Shown piece after piece: positions 9,337-19,229 of a stretch of DNA of 64,000 nt. Positions within the stretch are counted from its first letter, which is position 1, and each line of letters begins with the position of its first letter. The notes under the pieces were generated by a model that worked only from the letters and a program-made list of their open reading frames with translations, was not told where the DNA came from and made no database searches. Made by a program: the position numbers and the translations under genes. Source of the DNA: an uncultured virus (IMG/VR IMGVR_UViG_3300028283_000001) (lineage: Duplodnaviria > Heunggongvirae > Uroviricota > Caudoviricetes); IMG/VR virus record IMGVR_UViG_3300028283_000001; one strand, given 5' to 3'.

Positions 9337-10857
9337 ATGCCGTACGTAACAGCAGATAGAAGTTTACCCCGGAGTCTGGATGTCCAGATTTCCCTTTCCC
9401 GACCACAGACTGAGCTGAGAACCAATTTGACGGTGCTTTGCGTGGCCTGTGAAGACCTGGGCTTTTTGCCCAATGCGAGCAGGCTGCGATTTTACAGTTC
9501 TTTGTTAGCAGTGGCGGATGACTTTGCCGTGAATAGTGAACCATATCTTGCCGCTTCCGCATTCTTTGCACAGACCCCCCGTGCGAACACTATGGCAATT
9601 GGGGAGGTGTTTAATGATGCGCAGCCGGCAAGAATTGTCAGCCCGGAACTTACCGCAGCGCAAATTGCCCTTATTGCCGCCGTGACAACGGGCAGCATGG
9701 TGATTTCCTGGTCGGATGGTTCCACAGAGGATGACATCACTATCAGTAGTTTGGATTTTAGCGGGCTAACTACAATCGCGGGGATTGTCGGGGTCATCAA
9801 TGCCGCTTTGGGTGAGGGAGCCGACATAATTGCAGCGAGTAAAACCCTTCCTGGCGGGACTGCTCGCGTAGCCATTTCCACGGTTGCCACCGGGGATGAA
9901 GTAACCATTACGCAAGCCGTGGCAGCTAATAGTGGTGTTTTTGTTGGCACTTTATTAGGGTTGACCACCGCAGCCAACGCCACAATCGTTCAGGGGTATA
10001 CCCCCGTGGGCATTGGGGATGAGCTGCTTTCCATTGCAAATGCCGCCACCGCTGTGGATAAGTTTATTTATGGCTGGTGTTTAGGGGCTTCTCTACGGGT
10101 ATCTGCGACTCAAGTCAGTGCGGCAGAATGGGCGTTGGGAATGACCGCAATGATGGCTCTGACCTCTAATGATTCTGATGCCCTGGACGCCAATATCTCT
10201 GATGATATGGGATCTATTATTGCGGCCACCGGCAATAGAAGGGTGGTTTGCATGTATCATGATAATGCACAGCGGTACCCGGACGTTTCCATTTTGGCCT
10301 ATATGTTGTCGGTTAATTACCGGCTCCAGGATTCTACGGTGACCGCAAAGTTTAAGGTTCTTCCTGGAATTGAAACTGTGCAGTTGACAGAGACTCAGTG
10401 GGCCGTGCTCCAAAGCAAGGGCTACAACACATATACCGCCATTGGCAATGCTGCGAGGACATATAGGGATGGCAATACGGATGAAACGGGCTGGTGGATG
10501 GATACGGTTATTAATCTGGACAATTTCGTGGAAGATCTTTCGGTCAATGTGTACAATGTCTTTCTTCGCAATAAGAAAGTCCCGTACACCCGGTTGGGGC
10601 AGATGCTTTTGGTTGATGCTTGTAAAGATGTTGGAGCCTTGTACAAATACAACGGCACGTTTGCGGATCGGGATGTGGCTGATACGACAAAGAAGTCCGG
10701 TTATTCTACTGTGGCGGCAGTCCAGGTGCTCCCCACCCCGATTTACAATATGGCCGTAGCGGACAGGGCCGCTCGTATTGGACCTCCAATTGAGATGATT
10801 GTACAGGAAGCCGGGGCGATTCATGAGATCGCAATTAACGTGGAGGTTGTAAGCTGA
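9337..10857 (+). CDS. Contractile tail sheath protein (DUF3383-like)
   Basis: 506 aa; SEPYLAASAFFAQTPR, TAKFKVLPG, WMDTVINLD, KVPYTRLG, AGAIHEIAINV; GGAGG RBS. Confidence 0.9.
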   Translation: MPYVTADRSLPRSLDVQISLSRPQTELRTNLTVLCVACEDLGFLPNASRLRFYSSLLAVADDFAVNSEPYLAASAFFAQTPRANTMAIGEVFNDAQPARIVSPELTAAQIALIAAVTTGSMVISWSDGSTEDDITISSLDFSGLTTIAGIVGVINAALGEGADIIAASKTLPGGTARVAISTVATGDEVTITQAVAANSGVFVGTLLGLTTAANATIVQGYTPVGIGDELLSIANAATAVDKFIYGWCLGASLRVSATQVSAAEWALGMTAMMALTSNDSDALDANISDDMGSIIAATGNRRVVCMYHDNAQRYPDVSILAYMLSVNYRLQDSTVTAKFKVLPGIETVQLTETQWAVLQSKGYNTYTAIGNAARTYRDGNTDETGWWMDTVINLDNFVEDLSVNVYNVFLRNKKVPYTRLGQMLLVDACKDVGALYKYNGTFADRDVADTTKKSGYSTVAAVQVLPTPIYNMAVADRAARIGPPIEMIVQEAGAIHEIAINVEVVS

Positions 10858-11002
10858 TGGCGGAAATAGAGATACAAGAGGATGATGCTCCAAAGGACTC
10901 AATCGTCCCTACTATGATTTCAACGGCGTATATGGCCGACATTAAGAAACAACTGGGCACTCCGCTCACCAAACCGAAAAAGAAAAGAAAGGAGAAAAGC
11001 AC

Positions 11003-11455
11003 ATGAGAATCAATTTGTATGCACAAGGACGCCACGTCCTGATTATTGATGGGGTGCCCTGTACTGGTTTTGCAGAAGGGGATCACATTCAAGTGAAACT
11101 GGATGGCAATGCGGCCAACCGCAGTCAGGGAGGGGATGGCCCGGCCATGAACCTTTCTGTAGCACAAGGTGGGAAGTTTACTTGCTCCCTGCAGCCGACA
11201 TCCCCGGTGTTGGGCATTTTATATGCGCTGAGAGATGAGCAGATGAGCAATCCGCGCCTTTTCAGCCTTGTGCTGATGACCGGGGTTGAAGAGGTTATCA
11301 CCGCCACCGGGTGTGCTTTTGGAGATTTGGCGCAATTTGTAACTGGTGGCCCGACGATGCAGCCTCGGCAGTTTGACATTGAGGCTTTGGAAATCGTTCT
11401 TGACACCGCAGCAGTGGAAGCCATTGCGGGTGGACTTTTAGGAGGGTTGATATAA
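11003..11455 (+). CDS. Tail tube protein (DUF3277-like)
   Basis: 150 aa after sheath; GFAEGD.I, G.DG, LQPTSP motifs. Confidence 0.8.
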   Translation: MRINLYAQGRHVLIIDGVPCTGFAEGDHIQVKLDGNAANRSQGGDGPAMNLSVAQGGKFTCSLQPTSPVLGILYALRDEQMSNPRLFSLVLMTGVEEVITATGCAFGDLAQFVTGGPTMQPRQFDIEALEIVLDTAAVEAIAGGLLGGLI

Positions 11456-11458
11456 ATT

Positions 11459-11893
11459 ATGGCAAATAATGAATGGATACAAGGGTTTAAAGATGTTGCC
11501 GGGGTAGATGATGCAATGGCGAATAATGTTTGGCATTGGATGTTAACTGCCAAGGAGGTTAAACTGGAAGATAAAAATAACAAATTAAAAGGAATGGATG
11601 CTGGCAAAATATTTAAACGGAATGGTGGTTACGGGTTCCGCAATTCTTTTCAAAATGGTCGACTGAAAGCCGAGAAGTATTTAAACGACAAAGCAATGGT
11701 AATTGGTGTGAAGCTGGAGAATGATAAAATACCAACTACAGTCGGATGGTACGTTACGGATTTTGATGGGCACATTAAGGCTGGGCCAATGTCTGAGGCT
11801 GAAGCAAAAAAGAAAAGAGATGCAAATCCAGATAAATTGGACGCATCTTATTTTTCTGATTATGACATAAAACGGATTCAGGAAAGAGACTAA
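11459..11893 (+). CDS. Modular hypothetical protein inserted in tail operon (candidate capsid cargo)
   Basis: AT-rich relative to flanks; shares the FQNGR..A......KA...GVKLEN linker with 62235..63116. Confidence 0.6.
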   Translation: MANNEWIQGFKDVAGVDDAMANNVWHWMLTAKEVKLEDKNNKLKGMDAGKIFKRNGGYGFRNSFQNGRLKAEKYLNDKAMVIGVKLENDKIPTTVGWYVTDFDGHIKAGPMSEAEAKKKRDANPDKLDASYFSDYDIKRIQERD

Positions 11894-11898
11894 CCATA

Positions 11899-12348
11899 AT
11901 GGAAAAACGTGAAAAAACAATTAATGATCGACACTATCAATTACTGCTCCCCCCGGTGCGTCCAGCTATGGCGCTTTGCACGCAAGTAGCAGCCCTGCTG
12001 GGGCCGGCGCTTGGAAGCCTTGGTAGTCAGGCAGATGGGGAAGGCTGGGGGCGGTTTTCCTCGGCCATCCGAGCAGTGGATCCCAGTAAAGTGGACGCCC
12101 TGTTTATGGAAGCGGTGCGGATCTCGCTGCTTTGTCATGATGGAAAACGGATCGTGGAGGAGAAAGAATTTAATCAGCACTTTGACACCTTTCGGTCCGA
12201 TGTGTACCCGGTTTGCCTATGGGCGCTTTGGGAGTGCGTCCGTGATTTTTTTCCGGACTCCATCGCCTTCTCCCAGCTTCTCAAAAGGGCGATGGTGGAG
12301 GGCTTTGCGGAGGGATTGCAATTCCCATCCCCGAAGGATGGGCGGTAG
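11899..12348 (+). CDS. Tail assembly chaperone (G); -1 frameshift product extends to 12503
   Basis: Between tube and tape measure; slippery T TTT TTT at 12246-12252; -1 frame open 12246-12503 (…DYWLGRPVWGGICQW…). Confidence 0.8.
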   Translation: MEKREKTINDRHYQLLLPPVRPAMALCTQVAALLGPALGSLGSQADGEGWGRFSSAIRAVDPSKVDALFMEAVRISLLCHDGKRIVEEKEFNQHFDTFRSDVYPVCLWALWECVRDFFPDSIAFSQLLKRAMVEGFAEGLQFPSPKDGR

Positions 12349-12499
12349 ATTACTGGCTGGGAAGACCCGTGTGGGGTGGAATTTGTCAATGGCGCGATTA
12401 TCGCAGAATGGGAATTGCTGAATTGATAGAATTGCACCGGAGTTTGAATTTGAAAAATTATCTGGAGCATGAGGAATATAAAATGACGGAGAACCAGAA

Positions 12500-13879
12500 A
12501 TGAAAATGATCATTGATGAATTGGTAACATTGCTGGGGCTGGAATTGGCCCCTGGCGTACTGCCAAAGCTCCAGAAATTTGAAGCGATGATTGGCTCCGT
12601 GGTAAAAACGGTTGGCTATGCTTCCACCGCATTACTGGGGGCGGCATCTGGTGCGGCGTACTTTGCGGAAAGAATGAATCAGACCTCATCCAATATGGCT
12701 CGAATGGGGAAATTAACCGGGCTTAATACGGACCAGTTGCAGGAGTTGGCCTTTGCCGCCCAATTGGCCGGGGGGAATGTCGATGATATGACGCAGGATA
12801 TTGCCCGGATGCAGGAATCAATGAATAGCCCTATTCCCGGCCAATACAACCATTCTTTGTTCATGATGCTAGGGCTGGAAGGGGCGAAGTCCAAAAGTGC
12901 TATTGAAGTGATGGACAAGATTAATCAGTTCATGAACAGTAAAGCCTGGACGCAACAGGAGAAGATGCAGTGGGGGAAGAGTTTAGGGCTATCCGATAGT
13001 GCGTTGATGCTGGTTACAAAAACCACAGCTGAATACCAGAAGCTCCGGGAACAGTCAAAGAAAACAGGATTTTTCTTATCGCAAAAAGATCTTGATAACG
13101 CTCTTAAATTCACTACACAAGTCAACGTACTGAAAGAAGTGATTGATGCATTAGGGAAAAGAGTATCTTCTGTTGCTGCCCCAGCAATGGAAAAGCTGAC
13201 CGGGGATTTTATCGCTTGGCTTGGTGTAAACAAGGAGTGGATCGAATTGGGTCTCCAATATGTTATGGAAGGCATCATTGGTGGATTTACAAGGTTCGGG
13301 GAATTGCTTGGGGCCACAAAAGGAAAGCTGTCTGAGTTTTCTGCAGTTCTGAAGGATTCATTCCCTGATTACCGGGAGTTTATAAAGGTGCTGGAACGGA
13401 CTAATATCGTCACCTGGGCGGTTTATGCGGCGCTTGTAGCCCTGAGTGGTATTTTGTTGGGGATGGTGGCAGGGCTGATTGCCGCACACCCATATATTGC
13501 CGTATTATCCATAGCGATAACCGCTTTGGCCGCTAACTGGGACAAGGTAACGACATCTTATAATGTCTTTATTGACAGGCTAAAAAGCACATGGAAAGAG
13601 GCCACCGGGTGGATTGACAATCTAATGGGGTTTGGGGCAAAAGGGGAGAATTATAATTCTAAATATGATTCCAATGAAGAGGCAATGGCCAATATCTTCA
13701 GGGCTAAAGGCTGGTCGCCGCCGCAAGTCTCTAAACCGCCCCAACCTAATAACATTACAATCAACCAAACTATCAGTGGTGATTCTTCTTTTGATATTGG
13801 TCAGGAAGTCAAACGAAAGACTCTCGATGCCCTCAGCCAAACCTCCGGCTCTGGGATGCTTGTGCCTACGGTGAATTGA
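12500..13879 (+). CDS. Tape measure protein (short)
   Basis: MIIDELVTLLG N-terminus, helical composition, hydrophobic segment, C-terminal NNITINQTI; position after chaperone. Confidence 0.8.
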   Translation: MKMIIDELVTLLGLELAPGVLPKLQKFEAMIGSVVKTVGYASTALLGAASGAAYFAERMNQTSSNMARMGKLTGLNTDQLQELAFAAQLAGGNVDDMTQDIARMQESMNSPIPGQYNHSLFMMLGLEGAKSKSAIEVMDKINQFMNSKAWTQQEKMQWGKSLGLSDSALMLVTKTTAEYQKLREQSKKTGFFLSQKDLDNALKFTTQVNVLKEVIDALGKRVSSVAAPAMEKLTGDFIAWLGVNKEWIELGLQYVMEGIIGGFTRFGELLGATKGKLSEFSAVLKDSFPDYREFIKVLERTNIVTWAVYAALVALSGILLGMVAGLIAAHPYIAVLSIAITALAANWDKVTTSYNVFIDRLKSTWKEATGWIDNLMGFGAKGENYNSKYDSNEEAMANIFRAKGWSPPQVSKPPQPNNITINQTISGDSSFDIGQEVKRKTLDALSQTSGSGMLVPTVN

Positions 13880-13880
13880 T

Positions 13881-14540
13881 ATGCAGAATCTTGAGATGGT
13901 TGGCAACGCTTTACTGGGCGGCAATATTGTTACAATAATGGCGCGGACCATTATTCGCATGAAAGCCCGAGCTGCGGCATTGGCTTTTCGCGCCCGAGCA
14001 GCGGGGTTGCAAGTGCTTGGTGGGGAACTGGAATATCAGCCTCCGCAGGTGGTCCTTGGCTGTATTCCTATCTCTGTGAAGAAGCAAGAGGCGCATACCT
14101 ATAGGGCGGACATTACACAGCATGCGGTGGAGTCAGGAGTTAACCTTACAGACCATATCATTTTGCAGCCAGTGCGGGTAGATGTTTCTTTTGAAATTAC
14201 TAACTGGGATCTTGCTAATGCTCAGCAATCTCATGATTTATTAACGAAACTGTGGGAAGATAGAATCCCGTTGGATTTAGAAACTAAACATGGCATTTTA
14301 AAAGATATGGTTATGACTTCCTACTCCGCAGAGAATAGTGTTCCAAATTGGGGGGCGCTGGACTGCCGGGCTTCTTTTACTCAGTTGAAATACATCACTA
14401 TCGAGTCCGTTAAATTTCCCAAGGAAAACGTGGCACCCACTGCAAACACCGGAGGGCCGGACAATTCTAAATCCGCAGTAACGGAGAAGAAGACTGGTCG
14501 TCAAGTTCCTCAAGAACCCGACACAACGAGCATGGACTGA
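13881..14540 (+). CDS. Baseplate/tube initiator (Dit-like)
   Basis: EAH...ITQHAVESG...TDHIILQP motif. Confidence 0.75.
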   Translation: MQNLEMVGNALLGGNIVTIMARTIIRMKARAAALAFRARAAGLQVLGGELEYQPPQVVLGCIPISVKKQEAHTYRADITQHAVESGVNLTDHIILQPVRVDVSFEITNWDLANAQQSHDLLTKLWEDRIPLDLETKHGILKDMVMTSYSAENSVPNWGALDCRASFTQLKYITIESVKFPKENVAPTANTGGPDNSKSAVTEKKTGRQVPQEPDTTSMD

Positions 14541-14541
14541 T

Positions 14542-14871
14542 ATGAAAATTATTCGACTGACAAATGATGGCTGCGGCAAGATGGATGTGGATATGGGGGA
14601 AGCGGGGTTCTATACCTTTGTTACTCGATATAATTATACGGCTGGATGCTGGACCCTGGATATTATTGATTCTGCAGGGGCGATGCTATTAGCTGGACTG
14701 ATGCTGGTGCCGGAGGTTAATATTCTTCATGCGCATCCGAATATTGTAGAAATAATTGGTGCATTGTATTTGGTGGAAAACAAGATAGGACAGTATTTAC
14801 TGCCGGATTCCCTGGGTGTTACAACCTATTTGATTTGGTATGCCCCGGAGGAGCTGATCGGAACATTATGA
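14542..14871 (+). CDS. Small baseplate protein
   Basis: YN....WTLDI.D..G..LL.G..LV motif; synteny. Confidence 0.7.
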   Translation: MKIIRLTNDGCGKMDVDMGEAGFYTFVTRYNYTAGCWTLDIIDSAGAMLLAGLMLVPEVNILHAHPNIVEIIGALYLVENKIGQYLLPDSLGVTTYLIWYAPEELIGTL

Positions 14872-16214
14872 CAACAACTGAAGACCCTACAAATATTGCA
14901 CATCCCTATCTCCGGCAGGTTGAGGTAATTATCGGCCCATTGCCTGAGTATAAAGGTGGGGGGAAGGAATCCGATGGAATCCGGATCTTTGGGGATGGCT
15001 CCAATGATGCTTTTCGCATTCAGTTCCAGATTAATAAACCTTGGCTCCCCAGTAATGTGCGGATTTACAACCTCAGTGCTTCTTTGCGGAATATTCTCCA
15101 CACTGAGGCGGCGCAAATGATTGTTCGGGCAGGCTGGAAGAACTTTGATTTGATTGATATTTTTCGGGGATCCCTCCTTGCCTCCTTCAGCAATCGACAG
15201 GGGGCCGACATTATTACTGAACTCATTGGGTTCTCTGGCTGGTATGGCAAGAATAGAGCCGTGACGAGCGTGACCTTTGCTGAAGGCACTCAGTTAAAGG
15301 ATGCCGTAATGCAATTGGCGCGGCAGCTGGAAGGGGTTACAGTTGATTCAAAAAGGATCAGCCTTTCCCCACGGGGGATTCAGGCCGGGGGCAGGAGTTT
15401 TTCAGAGGCGACCAATGAGGCTCTTCAGAAACTCAGCCGAGAATACGGCTTCTCATGGGGGATCGATTTGGGGGTGTTCTACGCGATTGATGATCACCTG
15501 TCTTTCGCTTCTAATTCTGTGCCGGTGATTTCAGGAAGAAATGGCTACTTATTGCGTTCAGAACCGATGTTGTCAAGTCCTATTCCAGCGGTGACCGGGG
15601 TATCCGTTTCCTCCTTGTTTAACCCTTATGTAGAGGTGCGAGGGCAGTTTGTTTTGGAAAGCATTATCAACCCGGAACTTAATGGAACTTACGTAGCACA
15701 TACGGTTGCGCATTCCGGGGATACCCATAGCAACCAGTTCAATACAGAGATTCAGAGCTGGGTCGTGGGCGGCACTTTGCCTGTTACTCGTACTGAATAC
15801 AAGGAGTGGTCAGATTTGGAACTGCTGGCGGGCACTATCTATGGGGAGGCCAGGGGGGAAACAACCCGAGGGAAGCAGGCCGTAGGGCTGACAATCAAGA
15901 CTCGTGCCACGCACCCTTCTTGGTGGGGTTCAGGTTGGCGTGGAGTGATGCTGCAGAAAGCGCAATTTACGTGTTGGAATGATCATAATGCAGCTGCCAT
16001 TGTTGCCGGCAAAGAGGCTAATAATCATGCTTGGCAAGACTGTTACAGAGTGGCACAACAGATTTATTCTGGGCAAGTGGTGGATGTCGGCCTCTCCTTA
16101 TCCCCTACCCATTATTGCGCAAAGTCCATTCGCCCCTATTGGGTAAAGTCTCTTCAATTTATCGAGACCATTGGTGGGCATAATTTTTATCATGATCCAG
16201 GACTGAGGGGGTAG
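14868..16214 (+). CDS. Baseplate hub fused to C-terminal SleB/Hydrolase_2-like cell wall hydrolase
   Basis: Hub motifs (IYNLS, RAGW, IFRG, HSGDTH) followed by LAGTIYGEARGE..GKQAVG, AQFTCWN, PTHY, PYW, IGGHNFY. Confidence 0.85.
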   Translation: MTTTEDPTNIAHPYLRQVEVIIGPLPEYKGGGKESDGIRIFGDGSNDAFRIQFQINKPWLPSNVRIYNLSASLRNILHTEAAQMIVRAGWKNFDLIDIFRGSLLASFSNRQGADIITELIGFSGWYGKNRAVTSVTFAEGTQLKDAVMQLARQLEGVTVDSKRISLSPRGIQAGGRSFSEATNEALQKLSREYGFSWGIDLGVFYAIDDHLSFASNSVPVISGRNGYLLRSEPMLSSPIPAVTGVSVSSLFNPYVEVRGQFVLESIINPELNGTYVAHTVAHSGDTHSNQFNTEIQSWVVGGTLPVTRTEYKEWSDLELLAGTIYGEARGETTRGKQAVGLTIKTRATHPSWWGSGWRGVMLQKAQFTCWNDHNAAAIVAGKEANNHAWQDCYRVAQQIYSGQVVDVGLSLSPTHYCAKSIRPYWVKSLQFIETIGGHNFYHDPGLRG

Positions 16215-16216
16215 CT

Positions 16217-16891
16217 GTGGATTTAAGAGGGGCAGATGCCAACACACAACAGCGAGAAGTTATTGATCGAGCCTTGGCCCGCATTAACACCTGCATGCCT
16301 GGAGTGGTGCAATCATTTGATACGGCCACGCAACGAGCCATTGTTCTTCCGGGGGTAAAGCTGAAAATTTTCTTGGACAACAGTTTGTCATACTTGGATT
16401 TGCCGCCGATTGTTAATGTCCCAGTGGTATTTCCGTTTGCCGGGGGCTTTGGATGCACCTTGCCGGTTAAGGCGGGAGATGCTTGCCTATTGGTGTTTAG
16501 CCAACGGAGTATTGATAATTGGTTGCAATCAGGAGGCGTTCAACCTCCGGAGACAGATATCCCTGGAGCACGGCATCATGATTTGACAGATGCCATTGCT
16601 ATTATGGGGTTGGCGGCAAACCCCGATGTATGGGGAAGCTGGAATGCTGCGGGGATTGAGCTTCGAAATAAAGCCCGAACATCTCGAGTGACCGTGGAAG
16701 AAGCGGCAGTGGGGATTGCAGTTAATGGCATGTCGATTCTGGTGGACGCTGTTGGGATTAACATTACTGCGCCTCTTGTAACCGTCACCGGCAACCTGAT
16801 GGTCACAGGGACTATTTCTGACACGAATCATGCCTTTGATACCCATACTCACAGTGACCCACAAGGTGGAACAACAGGAGGTCCGAACTGA
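16217..16891 (+). CDS. Baseplate central spike (Gp138/gpV-like)
   Basis: PG.VQSFD, LPPIVNVPVVFP, GD.CLLVFSQRSIDNW, RHHDLTDA, C-terminal metal-binding HTH motif (THTHSDPQGG). Confidence 0.9.
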   Translation: MDLRGADANTQQREVIDRALARINTCMPGVVQSFDTATQRAIVLPGVKLKIFLDNSLSYLDLPPIVNVPVVFPFAGGFGCTLPVKAGDACLLVFSQRSIDNWLQSGGVQPPETDIPGARHHDLTDAIAIMGLAANPDVWGSWNAAGIELRNKARTSRVTVEEAAVGIAVNGMSILVDAVGINITAPLVTVTGNLMVTGTISDTNHAFDTHTHSDPQGGTTGGPN

Positions 16892-16892
16892 C

Positions 16893-17336
16893 ATGCCTTT
16901 TACCTGGAAAGTCGATGCAACAAATTATGATCTATCCATTAAGGATGGGAAGTTAGAAACCGTCTACAATGTTTCTGAAGTCCAGCAACGGATTCTGGTC
17001 ACCTTGTGGCATTACTGGGAAGAGTATTTTTTAAATGTTCAGGCTGGCATTCCTTGGTATGAATTGATTCTGGGAAGCAAGAACAAGAGAATGGTGGAAG
17101 CCCTTTTGCGGTACGCGATTCTTGGTGTTCCGGGGGTTGTTTCTATTATCCGTTTTCAGGTGGTATCTCCATCTGCTGGCTTGCGGGATTTCGCTATTTA
17201 CGCTGATGTGGAAGTGCAAGGTGGGGCAATATCAATCTTTGAAACTACAAAACCAATTCGGGCAAATTATATTATGAATGAGGATGGAATTAGAGCAACG
17301 AATCAGAGCGGAGTTTACTTGGAGGTCGCTACATGA
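16893..17336 (+). CDS. Baseplate wedge subunit (gp25/W-like)
   Basis: V.QRI...L.....EYFLN...GIPW...ILG and I.GVPGV..I motifs. Confidence 0.75.
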   Translation: MPFTWKVDATNYDLSIKDGKLETVYNVSEVQQRILVTLWHYWEEYFLNVQAGIPWYELILGSKNKRMVEALLRYAILGVPGVVSIIRFQVVSPSAGLRDFAIYADVEVQGGAISIFETTKPIRANYIMNEDGIRATNQSGVYLEVAT

Positions 17337-18568
17337 CAACCTTTGGCATTACAGATGAGGGCTTTACGCTTAAAAGGCTTGCGGATATTTTGGCCACCAC
17401 TACAGCGGCACTGTCCACTGTGGTTGATGCGGTTTCCGGAGAAAGCCTTACACCGGACCTGACAGATGAAAACGATCCATTGGTACAAATTGTTAATTCT
17501 TTTTGTGATTCAATCTCTGTTTGTTGGGAACAATTGCAATTGGCGTACAATCAGTTTGACCCCTTGAAAGCTACTGGGGCAGGGCTTTCCGGGCTGGTTC
17601 AGCTTAATGGGTTGACTCGGCAATTGGGAGGCTATGCCACTGCAGCGTTTGATGTGACCGGGACCGCCAATAAAACCATATTGGCAGGGAAGCAGGTGGC
17701 CGATATCAATAGTACTATCGTTTTTGCCTTGCCTGAGTTTACGCTTGACGGTGATGGGGAAGCTACTGTTACCGGCACTTGCACCGTGAAGGGGCCGCTG
17801 GTAGCATTGACAGGTTCTGTTTTTAATATTCTCACCCCTACGGCGGGCCTGTTAACTGCAGTCAATACGAATGATTCCTCTGGAGGAAGTGATGACGAGA
17901 CGGATGCGGAGTTAAGAGCGCGACAACAGTTGAGCACCTCCGGCACGGCCCACTCTGTTATTGATTCTGTTTACAGCGTGTTGGGCGGGATTACAGGGGT
18001 GACAATGGTTCGGGTTTATCAGAATAATACTTTGGATGACCCGGATACTCGAAGCATTCCTGCAAAATCTATTGCGGTGGTAATTATGGGCGGGGCAGAT
18101 TTGGCGATTGCAATTGCTTTGTTTCGGGTGATTCCATTAGGGGTTGGGCTTTATGGCACCACCACGGTTACACAAACCGATGCACAAGGCGTGGAATATC
18201 CGATTGCCTTTACCCGTCCAGCCGAAATTGACGTATTTGTGCTGGTTGATTTGGACATTGTTATTTCTGGCCTTTGGACGGATGAAAGTGAAGATGATAT
18301 TAAGGCTGCGATAGTTGCGTGGTCATTGCTGGGGGCTTCTGGGGTTGGGATTGATTCCGGATATGATCGGGATGGATATCTGCCTGGAGATGCTGTTTAC
18401 TCTTCGGAATTATATGTGCCAGTGAATAAGCAATTAGGAATTAAAATCAATTCAATCACTGTGGGCATAACCAATCCAGCCACTGAGGATTCTGTAGTTA
18501 TTGACTGGAATGAAATTGCCGTGTTTGACAGCACCAATATCACCGTGACATATGGGGGATCATCATAA
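17333..18568 (+). CDS. Baseplate J-like wedge protein
   Basis: FDP..ATG..L, G.D.ETDAELRARQ, GV..VRVYQN, F.RP motifs. Confidence 0.9.
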   Translation: MTTFGITDEGFTLKRLADILATTTAALSTVVDAVSGESLTPDLTDENDPLVQIVNSFCDSISVCWEQLQLAYNQFDPLKATGAGLSGLVQLNGLTRQLGGYATAAFDVTGTANKTILAGKQVADINSTIVFALPEFTLDGDGEATVTGTCTVKGPLVALTGSVFNILTPTAGLLTAVNTNDSSGGSDDETDAELRARQQLSTSGTAHSVIDSVYSVLGGITGVTMVRVYQNNTLDDPDTRSIPAKSIAVVIMGGADLAIAIALFRVIPLGVGLYGTTTVTQTDAQGVEYPIAFTRPAEIDVFVLVDLDIVISGLWTDESEDDIKAAIVAWSLLGASGVGIDSGYDRDGYLPGDAVYSSELYVPVNKQLGIKINSITVGITNPATEDSVVIDWNEIAVFDSTNITVTYGGSS

Positions 18569-18569
18569 T

Positions 18570-19217
18570 ATGAGCGGATTTGTTTCCATTGCACAACCAG
18601 AAATTGATTTGCCAGCTCGTGCGGAATCAAGAACCCTGTTGCAGTTCCGGAGGTCACAGGTTCTGCAAGCGGTTTTACAGGCGTTTATTTCCGAGATTAC
18701 GGTTCTGCAGACCGCTATTTTGGATGTAATTAATAAGCGGGGGCCAGCCGATGCCCGTGGGGAAAACCTCAACGCTATTGGTAGAATCGTAGGGCAAGAC
18801 AGAACGGTGCTGGATTATTCTGATTTGCCTTGGTTTACGTTTGATGATGGTGATTTGACCTACGACATGGCTCCGGCTTGGGTCCAGGGGGCCGCTACCG
18901 GGGGTTCTTATCAGGCAGATGATACTTGGTTCCGTGAATTGATTGCCGCACGCATTTGCCGGAACTTTATTATGTATAGTTCTATTTACGAGATCCAGAC
19001 CGTGCTTAAAGCCGCCCTGGGCGTAGATGTCAGTTTTGAACGGGTGGGACCGATGGAAATCAATGTTATTGTCAATCAATTTACGCCTCTATGGGCGGTG
19101 AATTTTATTTCCCGCACATTGACTGATATCCACACTGAGCAGTTATTTTTTACCCCATTCGCGGCCACTCTGCGAATTGCTGATACTATTTATTTAGTGG
19201 ATGATTCCTCATCATAG
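18570..19217 (+). CDS. Baseplate wedge protein (DUF2612-like)
   Basis: A.GENLNAIGRIVGQDR and DD..FR.LI.ARI..N motifs. Confidence 0.8.
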   Translation: MSGFVSIAQPEIDLPARAESRTLLQFRRSQVLQAVLQAFISEITVLQTAILDVINKRGPADARGENLNAIGRIVGQDRTVLDYSDLPWFTFDDGDLTYDMAPAWVQGAATGGSYQADDTWFRELIAARICRNFIMYSSIYEIQTVLKAALGVDVSFERVGPMEINVIVNQFTPLWAVNFISRTLTDIHTEQLFFTPFAATLRIADTIYLVDDSSS

Positions 19218-19229
19218 GAGAAATAAAAC

